Source: Haliotis cracherodii (Eukaryota). Taken from it: DNA of 64,000 bases. The notes under the pieces were generated by a model that saw only the letters and a list, made by a program, of their open reading frames with translations, had not been told where the DNA came from and did no database searches. Of this stretch, positions 1 through 13,916 are shown piece after piece (within the stretch, counting starts at the first letter, position 1; each line of letters begins with the position of its first letter). The stretch spans positions 27,280,001 through 27,344,000 of the forward strand of contig NW_027266286.1 in NCBI RefSeq assembly GCF_022045235.1, written 5' to 3'. The position numbers were made by a program, and so were the translations under genes.

Positions 1-681
1 TGCTGTTTTGGTATGTTGTTTAAACTATCTGGCAGAGAGAGACATATCTATGTAATTTCCTGAAATCAATATAGCAGTGTAAATAAATATGGTGTGTTGG
101 AGTAGACGTTGCCTACAAACAATTTAAACAGCTGTAGTTAAAATGATCTACAGGTTGACATATGGAATTTCGGCTGTGAAGTTCCTCAGTGGAGCCAGGT
201 TTTTAACACCCCACGTCAGCCAACACAGAAGATAGAAGTTTGACATTGTAGAGAACATGCTTTCGCTGCAATTTTCTCAGACAATTGTGTTTTGTTTGCT
301 TTTGTTCAAAATTAGGATTAGGGAAGGACTGTATTTGTAAAGAGTTAAGAGTAAGGTCTTAGTGAGGTGAGGCGGAATGGGGTGGAATGTTGTGTTCAAG
401 ATTATTTCACTTGTATAGCAATGTGCATGGGTGTGTGTCTGCTTGTATTAGTCCAGACTTTAGCACTAGCCCAATGAGATACCATGCCACAGTTTACCAT
501 GAATACACCACAAAGACAGAGTATATTGACTCTGAACCAACCGGTTCTGGTTTTATTCCCTTAATGACAAGTGCCAGGCAGGTTACAACAAGTACTATCT
601 TTTAACATCTTTATGTATGATGCAACCAGGGTATCTTAGAATAAAAATACAAATATCACAAAAGACAAGGGAATTATGTTA

Positions 682-906
682 TGAGTGAGTGAGTTGGGTT
701 TAACGCCGATTTTAACAGTATTCCAGTTATAACATGGCGTGTCAGCTTAATGTGGGAGGAAAGCCCAAACTGATGCAGGTCTTAGACGTTTACCACTTCG
801 GTGAAACCCACCTGACAAACCTAGAAACATAATTGGGGCGAACCAGGATTTGAACCCACAATCATAGGTTTCTGGCACTTTAGATGACTGGGCCACCCGT
901 GCCCCC
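682..906 (-). mobile_element. SINE family A copy, (ACTC)n tail, 10-bp TSD
   Basis: Similar to copies at 5868, 8290, 9708, 35233 and 63284; TSD aattatgtta at 672-681 and 907-916. Confidence 0.8.
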
Positions 907-1555
907 AATTATGTTAAGAAGAAATAGGAATTAAATCAATTGGAGAAGAAGGAAAGTGACTGAAATTGAACTATCACAGGAGAAATAGAAAGACATTTTG
1001 GTAAGTAGAGAGAGTAATTAAGTTAGGGAAGAGAGGCTATTAAGACAGGACGAAAAAAGAATGGTTTTGGTGATGAGAAAGTATCGGTACTGTTTTGTGG
1101 AGGGAAAGCTTTTGTGCCAGGAAGAGATAGCAATCAGTTCAACAGGTATTTCTGAGTGTGAGCTACAAAAACTACAGGGAGACATCACTGGCCATATCAG
1201 TCAGTGTATATTGCTTTGTCCTCTCTCAGGTTGGAAATAGTCAGCTCCTGGAGTGAATGAAAAGAAACATGAGCCACCATGTTTCTTCCCCTAAAGGTGG
1301 ATTAATTTTTAGAAGGTTACCCAGTGAAAATCTCCGGAACTGATAAGTGATAGGGTTTTAATGAGCTGTGGTATTTACTTGTGTAGAAGGGCAGAAAATT
1401 GTAATAGAGTTCAGGTACCACCCATGATGGTTTCCGAAGTCATTTTTCCACCTTCTATTTGAGAACACCATTGTATGGAACTCTTCTATCAGAGCCCGTG
1501 ATAGCTGTATGAAACATGCTGAACATGTTATGGCATCTTTTTCACAACATATTGG

Positions 1556-1806
1556 ACCGCCTCCGTGGAGAGCGGAAGGTCCAGGGTTTTGCTCCCCGGC
1601 CACGTCATACCAAAAGACGTTAAAAGATGGTACTTGTTGTTACCCTGGCTGGCGCTCGTCATTAAGGGGCTAAAACAAGGACTGGTTGGCTCGGAGTCAG
1701 TATAGTGTCTCTTAGTTGGGTATTCATATTAAACTGCGGTATGGTATCTCAGAGAGCTAGCACTATTAATCGGCATCAGTCCGGACTAGTACAAGCAGCC
1801 ACACAC

Positions 1807-1852
<46 letters not shown>

Positions 1853-1927
1853 CCGTGCATGCACGTCGCCATTTAAGTGCAATAATCTTGGACACGATGT
1901 TAAACCCAATTTCACCTCACCTCACCG
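1556..1927 (+). mobile_element. SINE family B (Meta/MESC-like central domain) with internal (CA)n
   Basis: gtcataccaaaagacgttaaaagatggtacttg core resembles the Meta domain; (CA)n at ~1801-1850; TSD cacaacatattgg at 1543-1555 and 1928-1940; related copies at 35918 and 38581. Confidence 0.8.
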
Positions 1928-3436
1928 CACAACATATTGGTATCCGAACCATCTTTCCCAATGAAATATATTTGTAATGAAGGAGAAGGGTGTTGGCAGA
2001 ACCGCATGATGTTAGAATATGATAAATCAAACTTATCTGCAACAATTGTTTGACCAAAGTTGGTTTGAATAAAACCTGCTTGATGTGAAATGTTTTTTGC
2101 TAAGTATCTAAGGATTACCTTTAAAGCTCTTTATTGCCATACATGAAATGAACCACAACGTACTTTATCAAACATTAAATCTAAGACTTGTTTAAAAATA
2201 CCAGTTTTTGTGATGAGGTCACATTTTTGCTACCCAAATGCACTTGTTGTGTAGTGCACCTAATATGCTTCCCAAAGGATGAGGGACTGATAAGGTTGTC
2301 TGTGTATACCTAATCATAGAGGATCTTCAGTTACCTTTGATGCTCCTAAAGAGGGCCTCAATGAAAGTCAATCTTGAATATAACAATGAGGGGATTAGAA
2401 TCACTCATCTAAATAACTCTGCTCCTTTTCAGGTTTAGTGACTGCAGATACTGGCGATAGCATTTAAGAAAGTATCATCCACACTGTAGATTATCTGAAT
2501 GTGTTGGAAAGAAACTATCATGTTTTCTACAGGATATCTGATATAGCCTGCAAACATAAATTTGGGTGCATTCGCATAAAGCAATGGTGGCAGACGTAGA
2601 ATAGAGGTATTACCGATGTTGCTGATTGGATGATTGTCGAGTTGATTGATTATCTCGGAATCTGCACCTGGTTACAGGGAGACATCAAGTGAAGCTGGCA
2701 AGATAGGAAGCAGATATTGGATGACATGTTGTTTCTATCTGGCGACCATGTTCATGTAAGAAATAAGTCTTTGAGCTGAAATCTGTCTGTGAGGGAACTG
2801 AGAAAAAGGAAAATGCTTGGTTTGGTTAACATGTACACTTGTCAATTAAATCAATTTGGAACAAATGATTATTTATTTGTTTGACTTTCACAAGTTGGCA
2901 GTAACATGTTTCTGGCAGTCGGGCGTGTGTTTACATTCAGCTGTGTGTGGCCTGAGCTAGTTGTGGCAGTTGTTTAAAAACACTCAAAATGAAGATTTTC
3001 GATAAAGTTTACATAATTAATTCCTGTCAGTCATGAACTTACTGCTGACTTGACAGTATTTACAGCAGGATGGATCTATGTGTAGGGTACACAGGTGAAA
3101 GGTTTTATTTTTTAAAGACACAACAAAGTTTCGGTCACTGCATGCAGACATACAGTTTTTCTTTCTCTGAAATGTGGCGCCAAACAATATTCTTTTTAGG
3201 ACATACAGCATATCCAGTGAATATTTTAAATAATAAATTTAAACCTCAGGCAAAAAGTATTTTTTCTATATTTTCAGGAAACAAATTATTTTTTCAAAAT
3301 AATCCTATCCCCCACCCAAAGATGGTCTCTGACTTTGAGCTTCTAGTTTAATAAGACTATTGGGTCTTCCTGGGCAGAATATGTTCTCGGTACCCATGCT
3401 TGTCGTATTCAGAAAGAATGCTTCTGTTATTTTCAG

Positions 3437-3595
3437 TGACCCAGCAGGATTCTGTGGCCAATGTTCCGGAGAACGCTCCGTCCCCGCTGCAACAGAAGGA
3501 GGAATGTTGCGCCTGTGGGCACGCCAAGTATGTCATCACATTCAAAGGGCTGTGGTCACGTCATACGCATCCCAAAAACTTCCCAACCGGAGACA
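3437..3595 (+). CDS. SPON1: F-spondin/spondin-1 exon (start of spondin_N domain: ECCACGHAKYVITFKGLWSRHTHPKNFP); upstream exons lie outside the window
   Basis: tttcag acceptor, A|gtaagt donor; CCAC..A.Y..TF.G.WS..THPK.FP motif typical of F-spondin. Confidence 0.92.
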
Positions 3596-4335
3596 GTAAG
3601 TTTCGTTGGAGTCAATCATTAAAAGTCGGCAAATATTCCGACAATTACATTTAAAGGTCATTTTAAAAAACGTGAAATTAATTTAAGCCATTTAAATATG
3701 TAGATGGAAAATAGCAGTGTTACTGTGGTTTGTATGAATGTCAGTAGGAGTTCTTGTGTAAATACATACAACATTGATAATTAGTAGTATTCAAATAACG
3801 TCGCTTTGTGAAGATTAGTTGTTTCGCTCAGCAGTTATATTTTGAAATTATGACATTTTATCAGTATAGAAGAATGGATGTGCATGGATCTGTTATCATG
3901 TGAAGTTTCGTATTTGGAGTTTCTTGTAAATTTTCTGTGATTTAGAATAATATACAGATATAGTTGATTTACCCAGGAGTTTTATTTCTAATGGCACAGT
4001 GGTCATTGGTAGTCCATTTGACTGCGTAGAGTTGCATCCCATTGTCTGTGTCAGGATCTGCTGATCTTGAGTTTGAATCCAATATTAAGATCCTTGACCA
4101 TTCAGCTCTAAACTGAACCCCTGAAGGTTGTATATATCTACAACCTCCTTCACAGACAGTTTCCCTTCCACACAAAGCTAACACAAAGTCTAGGGATTAG
4201 GGCAACGTATTCAAAACGATCAGATTGTCAAGCTGAAATTCATAAGAAATAAGATAACACTGATGATTATTTCCACTTAAATAACAACTTTTCTTTAAAT
4301 TCATATATGTTGTGTAGGATGGAGTTAGCTGGTTT

Positions 4336-4982
4336 CATTCCTCTAAGGGCCCTAACTCTACTACATTCCTCTAAGGGCCATGACTCTACTACATTCCTCT
4401 AAGGGCTACAACTCTACTACATTCATCTAAGGGCCATAACTCTACTACATTCCTTTAAGGGACATAACTCTACTACATTCCTTTAAGGGCCATAACTCTA
4501 CTACATTCCTCTAAGGGTCATAACTCTACTGCATTCCTCTAAGGGCCACAACTCTACTTCATTCCTCTAAGGGCCATAACTCTACTACATTCCTCTAAGG
4601 GCCACAACTCTACTACATTCCTCTAAGGGCCACAACTCTACTACATTCCTCTAAGGGCCACAACTCTACTACATTCCTCTAAGGGCCACAACTCTACTAC
4701 ATTCCTCTAAGGGCCATAACTCTACTACATTCCTCTAAGGGCCATAACTCTACTACATTCCTTTAGGGACATAACTCTACTACATTCCTCTATGGGCCAT
4801 GACTCTACTACATTCCTCCAAGGGCCACAACTCTACTACATTCCTCTAAGGGCCATGACTCTACTACATTCCTCTAAGGGCCATGACTCTACTACATTCC
4901 TCTTAGGGCACTAACTCTACTACATTCCTCTAAGGGACATAACTCTACTACATTCCTCTAAGGGACACAACTCTACTACATT
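4336..4982. repeat. 28-bp minisatellite (cattcctctaagggccataactctacta), ~23 copies
   Basis: Direct tandem periodicity of 28 nt; runs into the acceptor AG at 4985-4986. Confidence 0.95.
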
Positions 4983-4986
4983 ACAG

Positions 4987-5138
4987 GTTCATTTCTTCTG
5001 CATTGGTCCAACATTGTGGGTGCCTCCCACAGTAACGACTATCGCATTTGGGACTACGGCGGTATGGCCTCCGAAGCTGTAAGAGAGGTCTGTGAATACG
5101 GCTCTTCTCGCTCCCTTACAGAAGACATGAAGAGAAAT
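4987..5138 (+). CDS. SPON1: F-spondin exon (SFLLHWSNIVGASHSNDYRIWDYGGMASEAVREVCEYGSSRSLTEDMKRN)
   Basis: ttacag acceptor, gtgagt donor, phase 1 to 0; HWS.IVGASHS..Y.IW..GG.AS spondin motif; absent from the ORF track. Confidence 0.93.
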
Positions 5139-5867
5139 GTGAGTATTGTCTGCATCAGCATACTTAAAACGGTATAAAAATGATGGACATTGTGTCTCTT
5201 AAGAACATACTAAATGTTATTTTAACTGGGTGCAAACTAACCAGCCATGTAATAATGCCCTTGTCTATATCTCCTGATTTCATGGGTAGGTAGCAGCAAG
5301 AATGGACAACTCTAGCTATTGAGGACTTGATTGTGTGGAGTTGCTCGTGCAGCTAGCTCTCATGCGTCACTACCATCTAGTGACATGACTGGGAGAAAGT
5401 TGATGTCAGGTTCACACTTGGTTGAACAACAGCCATGCAGGTGGTGCGGCCTTACAAAAGGCTGTGGGTTCTAACTACAATACAACATTCAGTATTACAG
5501 ACCGCCGTCACATTGCTGGAATATTGCTGAGTGCGGATTTAAACAACAAACAACATAGTTTTAGTTTAAAGATTTTTGCTGACCAATAACAGGATTAGTC
5601 AAAGTGTACTTCTCAAAAGAAGTAAAGGACACCCAATTCGTCCATATTAAGATAGAGTTTTGTGGTGTCTACACACTAAGCAGTTATCAAGTATTATTTA
5701 TAATTTTAATAGCAAATGCCTACAGATCTTTCAGTGAATTATCAAGTATGAAAACCCAACTCTTAGATAGAATTGTGTCTGAAGTAGTATTCAGGAATTT
5801 ATGGAAGAACTTTATAATTCATTTCAAAGCTTCCCAGGTACGCATATTGAACTATACAAATTCTACA

Positions 5868-6107
5868 GTGAGTGAGTGAGTGATTTGGGTTAAACGCCGC
5901 TTTTAACAGTATTCCAGTTATATTGCGGCTTGTCAGCTTAATGTGGGAGGAAAGCCCAAAGTGATGCAGGTCTCAGACGTTTACCACTTCGGTGAAACCC
6001 ACGAGCGTGGGTATGGTGCTGACAGACTTAGAAACATAATTGGGGTGAACTGGGATTCGAACCCACAATCATAGGTTTCTGGCGTGCCCAAGGGACGCAA
6101 CTCTGCA
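5868..6107 (-). mobile_element. SINE family A copy, 5' truncated
   Basis: TSD acaaattctaca at 5856-5867 and 6108-6119; (GAGT)n tail on +. Confidence 0.8.
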
Positions 6108-8289
6108 ACAAATTCTACAAAGCTTATGAGATGTGACTGCTGGGTTAAGACAGTACTTTGTAATACGTGGCAACTTTTCTCAACAAAAACTTGGTGCAGG
6201 TCAAGTCAATATCAGGTCAACCTCAATAAAGTAATGATGACTGGTGCAAAGGTAAAACAGTTGTGGACGTGTTTATAGGCGAATAGTTTTGCTATTTAGC
6301 TAAGAAGAAAGCAATATGATGTTTACACGTGGCAGGGGGTTCCCGGGGTAATTAGGAAGGAGGGACGAGTGGCTACATTGTGTCAATATTGACTACAAAG
6401 CAACACTGGAGGTGCCCTCTTGCAATTACAAGCATTCTCATACCAGTGTTGAACAGAATTACAAATATGCATCCCTCTCAACTCTGCTGATTGTCAGCGA
6501 TGGTGGCATGTTCCACGAATGTCAGCTGTGACTTTTTGCCCAGATCTTACAAGTATGCACACAGTTTGATTAATATGGGCAAGGAGCCGTGTATGAGGTG
6601 AGACTTGTCAAATGAGGGTGTGGAAGGGTCACAAAGGTCATGGGAGCAAGGGGAGATAACTCTAAATGTTTCATCTGGGTCCTGCATTCTCAAGGGAAAT
6701 GTCACTAGGTGCTGTGTGCAGTAATTAGGGTCAGGCCATTGTAACAGGTACTTACAGGTATGGAATAATCAACAATAGAACACTCCCATGTTGTGATGAT
6801 AGATAGCAAGCATATACAGTACAGTTTATGTATCAGACTATTCAGCGTTTCAGTCTTTGTGTCACAAAAAGCATGAAATCCTTGCACAAATATTTTCTGT
6901 GGATGGTTAGTTGTCCAGATTTTGATCTTAAAACATAAAGATCATTCACAAGAAACATTCATGGGAAAAGATACTTTCATCTTTTCTTTAACCAAACGTG
7001 TGTATAATGATATTTAGATAGGTAAAGATATACAATGAATGTGTTTACAATGAAGGAATATGAATTTATGATTTTGTACTGTCCAAATATTGACTGCATT
7101 TGACTTCTTGTGACCCATAAAGAAACTATTTTCAACAGATATCCATCCAGTTCGGCAATGTATTTCTTTGATATTTTGTATGTTTTGCAGACATTTATCA
7201 AACACGCAATCTTATTCTTGGCTGATTTAGCATTCCATATTTTCATCTTAAATATCACAAGACAGTGTCCCTCACAAGGAAAGCTCTGAAATAACATTAA
7301 TCTAGATTGTTCAATAAATAGGAGGGGGTGCTGCTGTCTGATTGCTTGGAAAACATTTCTAAATGGGATTCAAAGCCTAGAAATCTTTTGAACTTTTCTT
7401 CGTGTATTAATACTTTGTATTATTAAGTTTGTTTTTTTATCAATTCCAAATTTGAAGAACAAGCCATTTGGCTTGGCGAAATGGATTGCAAACTAATTGA
7501 AATATAAGTGTGATCAATATTTATTAGTTTTTTTTTTCAATATTCTGCCAACCAGAACAGTTCAGTTATCACAGGATCATGTGATGTGATGTCATCCATT
7601 ATGTCATATTCCAATAGGACATCATAGCATTCGAGAGTGACATCATGTCTTTTTCACAACTGAGAGAGTTCATGTACAGAGAGAATGCTCCAAAAAATTA
7701 CTGATACCTTTTGTTTTTTATGATGTTCATAAACATTATGTGCGTTCCAATTTGTAGATGTTATTGAGTATTTGATGCCTGGAAATTGTTAATATTTGAT
7801 ACCTCCGGCTAAAACAGTTGGTTGCAAATGAAATCTCTGGACAACCTACCTGTAATAATGATGACTCTGTGATAAAAATGTGATCTCGGTAATGTTGGAC
7901 AAGTCCATTTTATCAACAGGGGATTTAAGTTTGGTAGTTCCTGGATATTCTCATAAGTTCACATTAATAATCTGAACCTGTTCTGCCAATACCAATTGTC
8001 ATATTTCTCCCACTTTTGGTGATTGGGTTTATCTACGTTGCCCAGCTACATCTATGGGGAACAACTCACTAAAACTAATGTTGTCCAACTTACAATGTCA
8101 TCACGTTGCGAGCGCATGTTCGAATCTCCAGAAATTACATCATGACAGAACAATGTTCTATAATACTTATATCTTATATAACTCAATAACACCCACAAAT
8201 GTAATGTTTATCTTCTACATTCCATTTTAATAAGCAGTCACTCTTTGCCTTATTGTATATCATCCAATAAAGACATTATAATGAATCAT

Positions 8290-8522
8290 GGGGGCACAGG
8301 CTGCCCAGTCATCTAAGTCACAGCAGCTAGCGTTTGTTATGCAGAGTCGCGTCTTTTGGGCACTCCAGCAACCTGTGATTGTGGGTTCTGATTCCAGTTC
8401 TCCCTGATTATGTTTCTAGGTTTGTCATTACCATACCAGCGCAGTGGTAGCTGTCTGAGGCTTCACACACTCACTCACTCACTCACTCACTCACTCACTC
8501 ACTCACTCACTCACTCACTCAC
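8290..8522 (+). mobile_element. SINE family A copy with expanded (ACTC)n tail
   Basis: Similarity to 63284-63547; (ACTC)n at ~8468-8522. Confidence 0.65.
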
Positions 8523-9614
8523 TATGATTTGGCAAGTGGCAGAAAGAAGCAGCTCTGACAATTTAGATAAATGGCTATCACCTTTCCAATTTGTAATGCA
8601 TACAAAATATGTAGGCTATTAGTTAACATCAAAACGCCTCCTAAATTCCCTTTCAATAGTAGAGTACTACCAATTTAGACTAAAGCATCAACTTTTGACC
8701 TTAGGCAATAATTATCTGAACAGCTGAAGTTGAAACTTTACACTTTAAATCATGATAAGTGATAGCTGGTTGATATGCTTCAACTTAATTAGGAGTAATT
8801 GTAAATAAATAATTGCTTGTGTCAAAATACCGTTAAAAAGAAATGTGAAGCTTGAAAAACAGAGACAATGTAAAGAAAGCATAGCTGGTTGAATGAAGCT
8901 TTCAAACGTGTAACTCTAGACATCTTATCTCCGACTCAGTGTCATAATCTCCAAGGAGATACGTTTCTCCATCACCAGTCTGAAACTGTCATGTTAAACA
9001 CTAATATTACATATTTACACCGCCAATGAGACATATATTTCAAGATAAAGACTATGGCAGTGAAATGGGATTCTCGACCTTGTCTGGTAGCAGCATCTAG
9101 GTCGGGGTTTAGTTTTATAGTCCTCCTCCCCCAGCCCTGGATGTCACCTCACAGGAAGTGTAATTCAAAGGAGAAGGATTTCTGTTTGTTTGTTTTTTCT
9201 GTTTTCTGGTCCTTGTGTATGTTGGATGTTAAATGTCAGAACTATTTGGATCGGTAGGAATGCAGCCTTTATTTATATGTTTGGATTGCATGTTTCGTAA
9301 GTGCAATATTCCTGTTTTATGATAAAGATTCGGTCTATCTTAAGATAAACAGATATCACATGACTGATCTGTTTCTTAGTATCAAAGATAGAGCATCAAA
9401 TACATGTTTTGTCATGTTTATAAGTTACATTTTATCATCAGAGATAGCAGCTGTACTCTTAATGCAATATTTCTATCATTTTGTTACTAAATAAAGATAC
9501 TGTACTTGTATGAAAGTCTGGTCTGTTTGAGAAAGTTATCAGTAGAATAGACTAGCATCTAGTCTCTGAAATAAACATATCGTACAGAAAAACAATTGTT
9601 GATAAATTATCTTA

Positions 9615-9668
9615 AATAATAATAATAACAACAACAACAACAGCAGCAACAATAACAACAACAACAGC
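9615..9668. repeat. (AAT)n/(AAC)n/(AGC)n compound microsatellite
   Basis: Seen directly. Confidence 0.85.
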
Positions 9669-9707
9669 ATTCCTATAACTTCTAGCTCCTGTTGATCCTT
9701 GGTTACA

Positions 9708-9890
9708 GTGAGTGAGTGAGTTTGGTTTAATGCCGCTTTGAACAGTATTTCAGTTATATGACGGCATGTCAGCTTGCTGAGAGAGGAAAGTAGTTTACCA
9801 CTGTGTTGAAACTCACAACCATGGGCCTGGTACTAACAAACCGAGAAACACAATCAGGGAAAATCTGGGATTTGAACCCATGATCATATG
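9708..9890 (-). mobile_element. SINE family A copy, degenerate
   Basis: (GAGT)n tail followed by ttggtttaatgccgctttgaacagtatt. Confidence 0.6.
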
Positions 9891-9897
9891 AATCTTT

Positions 9898-10484
9898 TAG
9901 GGCTGGGACGGGTGACTCGGGGACTCAGGTCGGGTGGGTGCTGAGTAGGACCCAGGTACCCACAGGACTACCCGGACCCGTGGTTAGTCACTTGATTATA
10001 TTGTTTAATGGCAAAAATTATCTTGAACTCTATGGTAACACTATAAGTGATAAATGTTCACATTTCTTTCTGACTTTGCACACATTCCTTCTGACTTTTT
10101 ATGTTTGCGTGATGATAAAACATCAGTCAACTTCAGTGTGTGCATGACCAGACTGGTTTATACGTGTATCTAAATTCATTTTGACAGGAGTACGGTCAAA
10201 CTATGTTTTACCTCTCTCTTGAGACCTCCAGTCGTGTAATAGCGGGGTGGGTACCCGGGTAGGGTCGGGTAATAGCGGGGTGGGTACCCAGTTAGGGTCG
10301 GGTAATAGTGGGGTGGGTACCCGGTTAGGGTCGGGTAATAGCAGGGTGGGTACCCGGGTAGGGTTGGGTAATAGCGGGGTGGGTACCCGGGTAGGGTCGG
10401 GTAACAGTGGGGTGGGTACCCGGGTAGGGTCGGGTAAAGCGGGGTGGGTACCCGGGTAGTAAATTTGGACTCGTCCTATCCCTA
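9898..10484. mobile_element. hAT-type MITE (TAGGGCTGGGACG termini) with an internal 33-bp G-rich tandem expansion at 10238-10460
   Basis: Terminal inverted repeats; homologous to 33562-33963 and 49468-50086, which have 8-bp TSDs. Confidence 0.75.
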
Positions 10485-10632
10485 GATTCTGGTACACCTA
10501 ACGAGCAAGTGTGCATAGCAAATTGATGGGTCAATGTTAAAGTAAAACTCAGTTTAAAACACGATGGTAATGACCTGTACAACAAGTTATTGAAGTACAG
10601 GCTTGTAATGGAAGTGCCTGCTTGTCTCCCAG

Positions 10633-10783
10633 AGCAAGAAGATCCGGACTGTGGTGAAGACAGACTCCCTGTGGGGGCCCGACCGGATCCTCGACTCCGT
10701 GGACGCGGTCTTCACCGTCAACTCAAAGAAGCATCTTCTTTCTCTCCTCACCATGATCGGGCCCAGTCCCGACTGGTGTTTAG
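10633..10783 (+). CDS. SPON1: F-spondin exon (SKKIRTVVKTDSLWGP...HLLSLLTMIGPSPDWCLG)
   Basis: cccag acceptor, G|gtaagg donor; TMIGPSPDW hallmark. Confidence 0.95.
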
Positions 10784-11281
10784 GTAAGGCCATAGTTTTT
10801 ATCCTTTTGATCATGGATCCAACAACCCTATTTCATCAAACATGGAGAAACTATATTTCCAAATGTACACCTTTTTGCAAAAGTATTTTGTGATTACAAT
10901 GTTTGAGTAAAAATGTTTGAAATAAAAATCGGCAATAACACTCTAAGGCACCTGTAGAATTCAGTACAACAATTTTCTGGTAGCTCTACTGAATGTTAAA
11001 GGTAGCCCAAATAACTATTTCTTCCCACCACATTGAGACCCTTTCTGGAGAAGAGAGTCATACAAATTTAACACTATATATACTGCCTTGCGGTGAATGG
11101 GCCCAGTCCAGACTCAGGATTAGACAGAGAAAGGCGTCATACGAAAAAAATGTTGACTTAATCTTTTAGTCAAATATGTCCCATTTCTCAATCAAATCAA
11201 GTCTATCCATTCTGTCCATCTTGCTGACTTGCATGGATTGGTTGTCTGTGACACTGTAGTGATACTGTTTTTATTTTGCAG

Positions 11282-11388
11282 GAATTAGTGCCCTTGACAT
11301 GTGCCAGAAGAACTGTACCTGGGCCGACAACCAGGAGATTGACCTGTACCCCTGGGACGCTGGTACCGACAGCGGGGTGTCATACGAG
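11282..11388 (+). CDS. SPON1: F-spondin exon (ISALDMCQKNCTWADNQEIDLYPWDAGTDSGVSYE)
   Basis: tttgcag acceptor, gtatgc donor; DL.PWDAGTDSG hallmark. Confidence 0.95.
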
Positions 11389-11654
11389 GTATGCGAATTG
11401 CTGTATTTGTGAAAAAATACTCTGAAGTGCTGATAATAAAGAAATGAAAAGTTGAGATAGAAAAGAAGTATTCTTCATTCTGACTATTCACTTTTGTCAT
11501 ACATGGCAGTTACAACTTTAAGGTTCAAAACATAAAATGAAATGTGTTTTTGAAACTGTCACCTTGAGTTGAATACTTGTTTATATGATAGAAGACAAAG
11601 GGATATGTATGACTTAATACCAGATCTACAGACTGACTTGACCATTGTCTGTCT

Positions 11655-12400
11655 TCACACCTTGGCTTATGCCCATATGATTTGTGACTTCAAACTTTGG
11701 CTTATGCCTTATATGATTTGTGACTTCAAACCTTGACTTATGCCTTATATGATTTGTGACTTCAAACCTTGGCTTATGCCTTATATGATTTGTGACTTCA
11801 AACTTTGGCTTATGCCTTATATGATTTGTGACTTCAAACTTTGGCTTAGGCCCATATGATTTGTGACTTCAAACTTTGGCTTAGGCCCATATATTTGTGA
11901 CTTCAAACTTTGGCTTATGCCTTATATGATTTGTGACTTCAAACTTTGGCTTATGCCTTATATGATTTGTGACTTCAAACCTTGGCTTATGCCCATATGA
12001 TTTGTGACTTCAAACTTTGGCTTATGCCTTATATGATTTGTGACTTCAAACCTTGACTTATGCCCATATGATTTGTGACTTCAAACTTTGGCTTAGGCCC
12101 ATATGATTTGTGACTTCAAACTTTGGCTTAGGCCTTATATGATTTTTTACTTCAAACCTTGACTTAGGCCCATATGATTTGTGACTTCAAACCTTGACTT
12201 ATGCCTCATATGATTTTTTACTTCAAACCTTGACTTAGGCCCATATGATTTGTGACTTCAAACCTTAAATTGACTTATGCCTCATATGATTTTTTACTTC
12301 GAACCTTGACTTAGGCCCATATGATTTGTGACTTTAAACTTTGGCTTATGCCCATATGATTTGTGACTTCAAACCTTGGCTTATGCCCATATGATGATTT
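11655..12400. repeat. 35/36-bp minisatellite (caaactttggcttatgccttatatgatttgtgactt), ~21 copies
   Basis: Tandem periodicity. Confidence 0.93.
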
Positions 12401-13916
12401 GTGTCTTCTAAAAAGTGACTGAATAAAAGACTTGACATTCTAAATGCTGAATGTTCCCAGTTTGCAAAACAATAAGTGTCAATGCAGCCTGTCATGTATT
12501 ATTCAGATCAATATAATAGAATTGGTTTACAAATTAAGGAATCACAATTTTCGACCTCCCGGATTCCTTGTCAGTGTGTCCATGACCTCATTGTTCTCAA
12601 TCTGTCTCAACACATGTGTGTTTAAGAATGCCTGTTCTTTAATGATTCCTGAAGCAATTCAGCTGCTCTCCTTGTTTTAAGTAAAGAAATAAATTGCTTT
12701 GGTGTCTAGACTGGCAATTCTACCTGTGACTTGTGAATGGGCTCTGACAAGCTCCTGTTTCGCTATCTGTGTACGATCTGATGAGAGTGGAGCCGAAAAC
12801 AGCTTTATGATGTAGGGAGGTCGCTGTGGAGTCAGACACACGCGGCACCAGACAGAACATACCACAAATATATGCAGAATGACATAATGGTTAATTTATT
12901 GTAACCACAGACTTCCGGAGAAAATAACTTTTTGTCAATAAGTCAAAAAGAAATTATTTGAGACGTGAAATATCTTTGAAGGTTTCATTATGAATTGTTC
13001 TATTTTTAGAAACAAATTAGTTTTTAAGTCTGAGTTATGGTTTAAGGATATGATATATATGTATTTTTAAATTCAATTATTGGTGTTTGGTAACTGCATG
13101 TGTTTTTAAGACAGTGAAAAAAGCGTAGGATATTATTTTCAAGAAAAAAACAGCCCTATTTATGATGAAAATGTGAAAAGGCTTAGGTTCAGCAACCTCA
13201 ATAAAGTGAATCTAGTTTTTTCAAATGTCATTCAATGGGGGCTCAAAGGAATTATTTTGGGATAACTGCATCATAAATCTTATGCAAATATCAACCAATG
13301 AAATGCAGTTTATAGTAAGACCAACTTCCATTGATCATGTGAACATGGTGTACCGACAGCTAAGCAGAGAGCCCCTTTAAGAGGAACTCTGCTCTCTCTC
13401 GTCCCAGGCCGATTTACAGTTGATGTCTTGACATTGTGGTATGTGTAGTATGTGAAACTGAGGCATTGTCTCTGTGTAGACAATGATATACATTATAACA
13501 TTTTGTATGATTTAGTTGGAGTTGTAAAATCAAGATTTCTTATGAATAGGGAAAGGGTTTTGTCGCTTTTATTTGATTGACTTGAATCCATCTTCCTTGG
13601 ACTGTCAGTTGACAATTACCGTATTTGACGTACTAGGCGCCCCGCTCTAGTAAGTGCCCATGGCGAAATTTGCTAATATATTGGCTCGTGAACAATCCCA
13701 ATTAGTACCCTTTCCGATTGATCAATTTACTCACTTATTTATTCGCGTATAATACTCACTCGTGTGTTATATGTACCCTTAATTATGGGCAATTAAATTC
13801 TGGAAAAATATATCTCTCATCAAGGTGGCCTGTAAATAATTGGGTAAAGTATACCAGTGACTGAGAGAATGATCCACCGATTCTGATCAATTCTAAGTGA
13901 GACGTGTCTATTTCAG

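Noticed and set aside
1-3436. Upstream spondin exons (signal peptide, reeler domain)
   Set aside because: No open, splice-bounded segment with matching motifs was found; treated as intron
10201-10585. Pro-rich / Gly-rich repeat ORFs
   Set aside because: Translation of the 33-bp array inside a MITE
11095-11143. Fragments resembling the flanking spondin exons (gggcccagtccagact, gtcatacga)
   Set aside because: Too short, no splice sites or frame; may be chance
12770-12835. Hammerhead ribozyme (CTGATGA...GAAA)
   Set aside because: No stem II pairing and no correctly placed cleavage triplet
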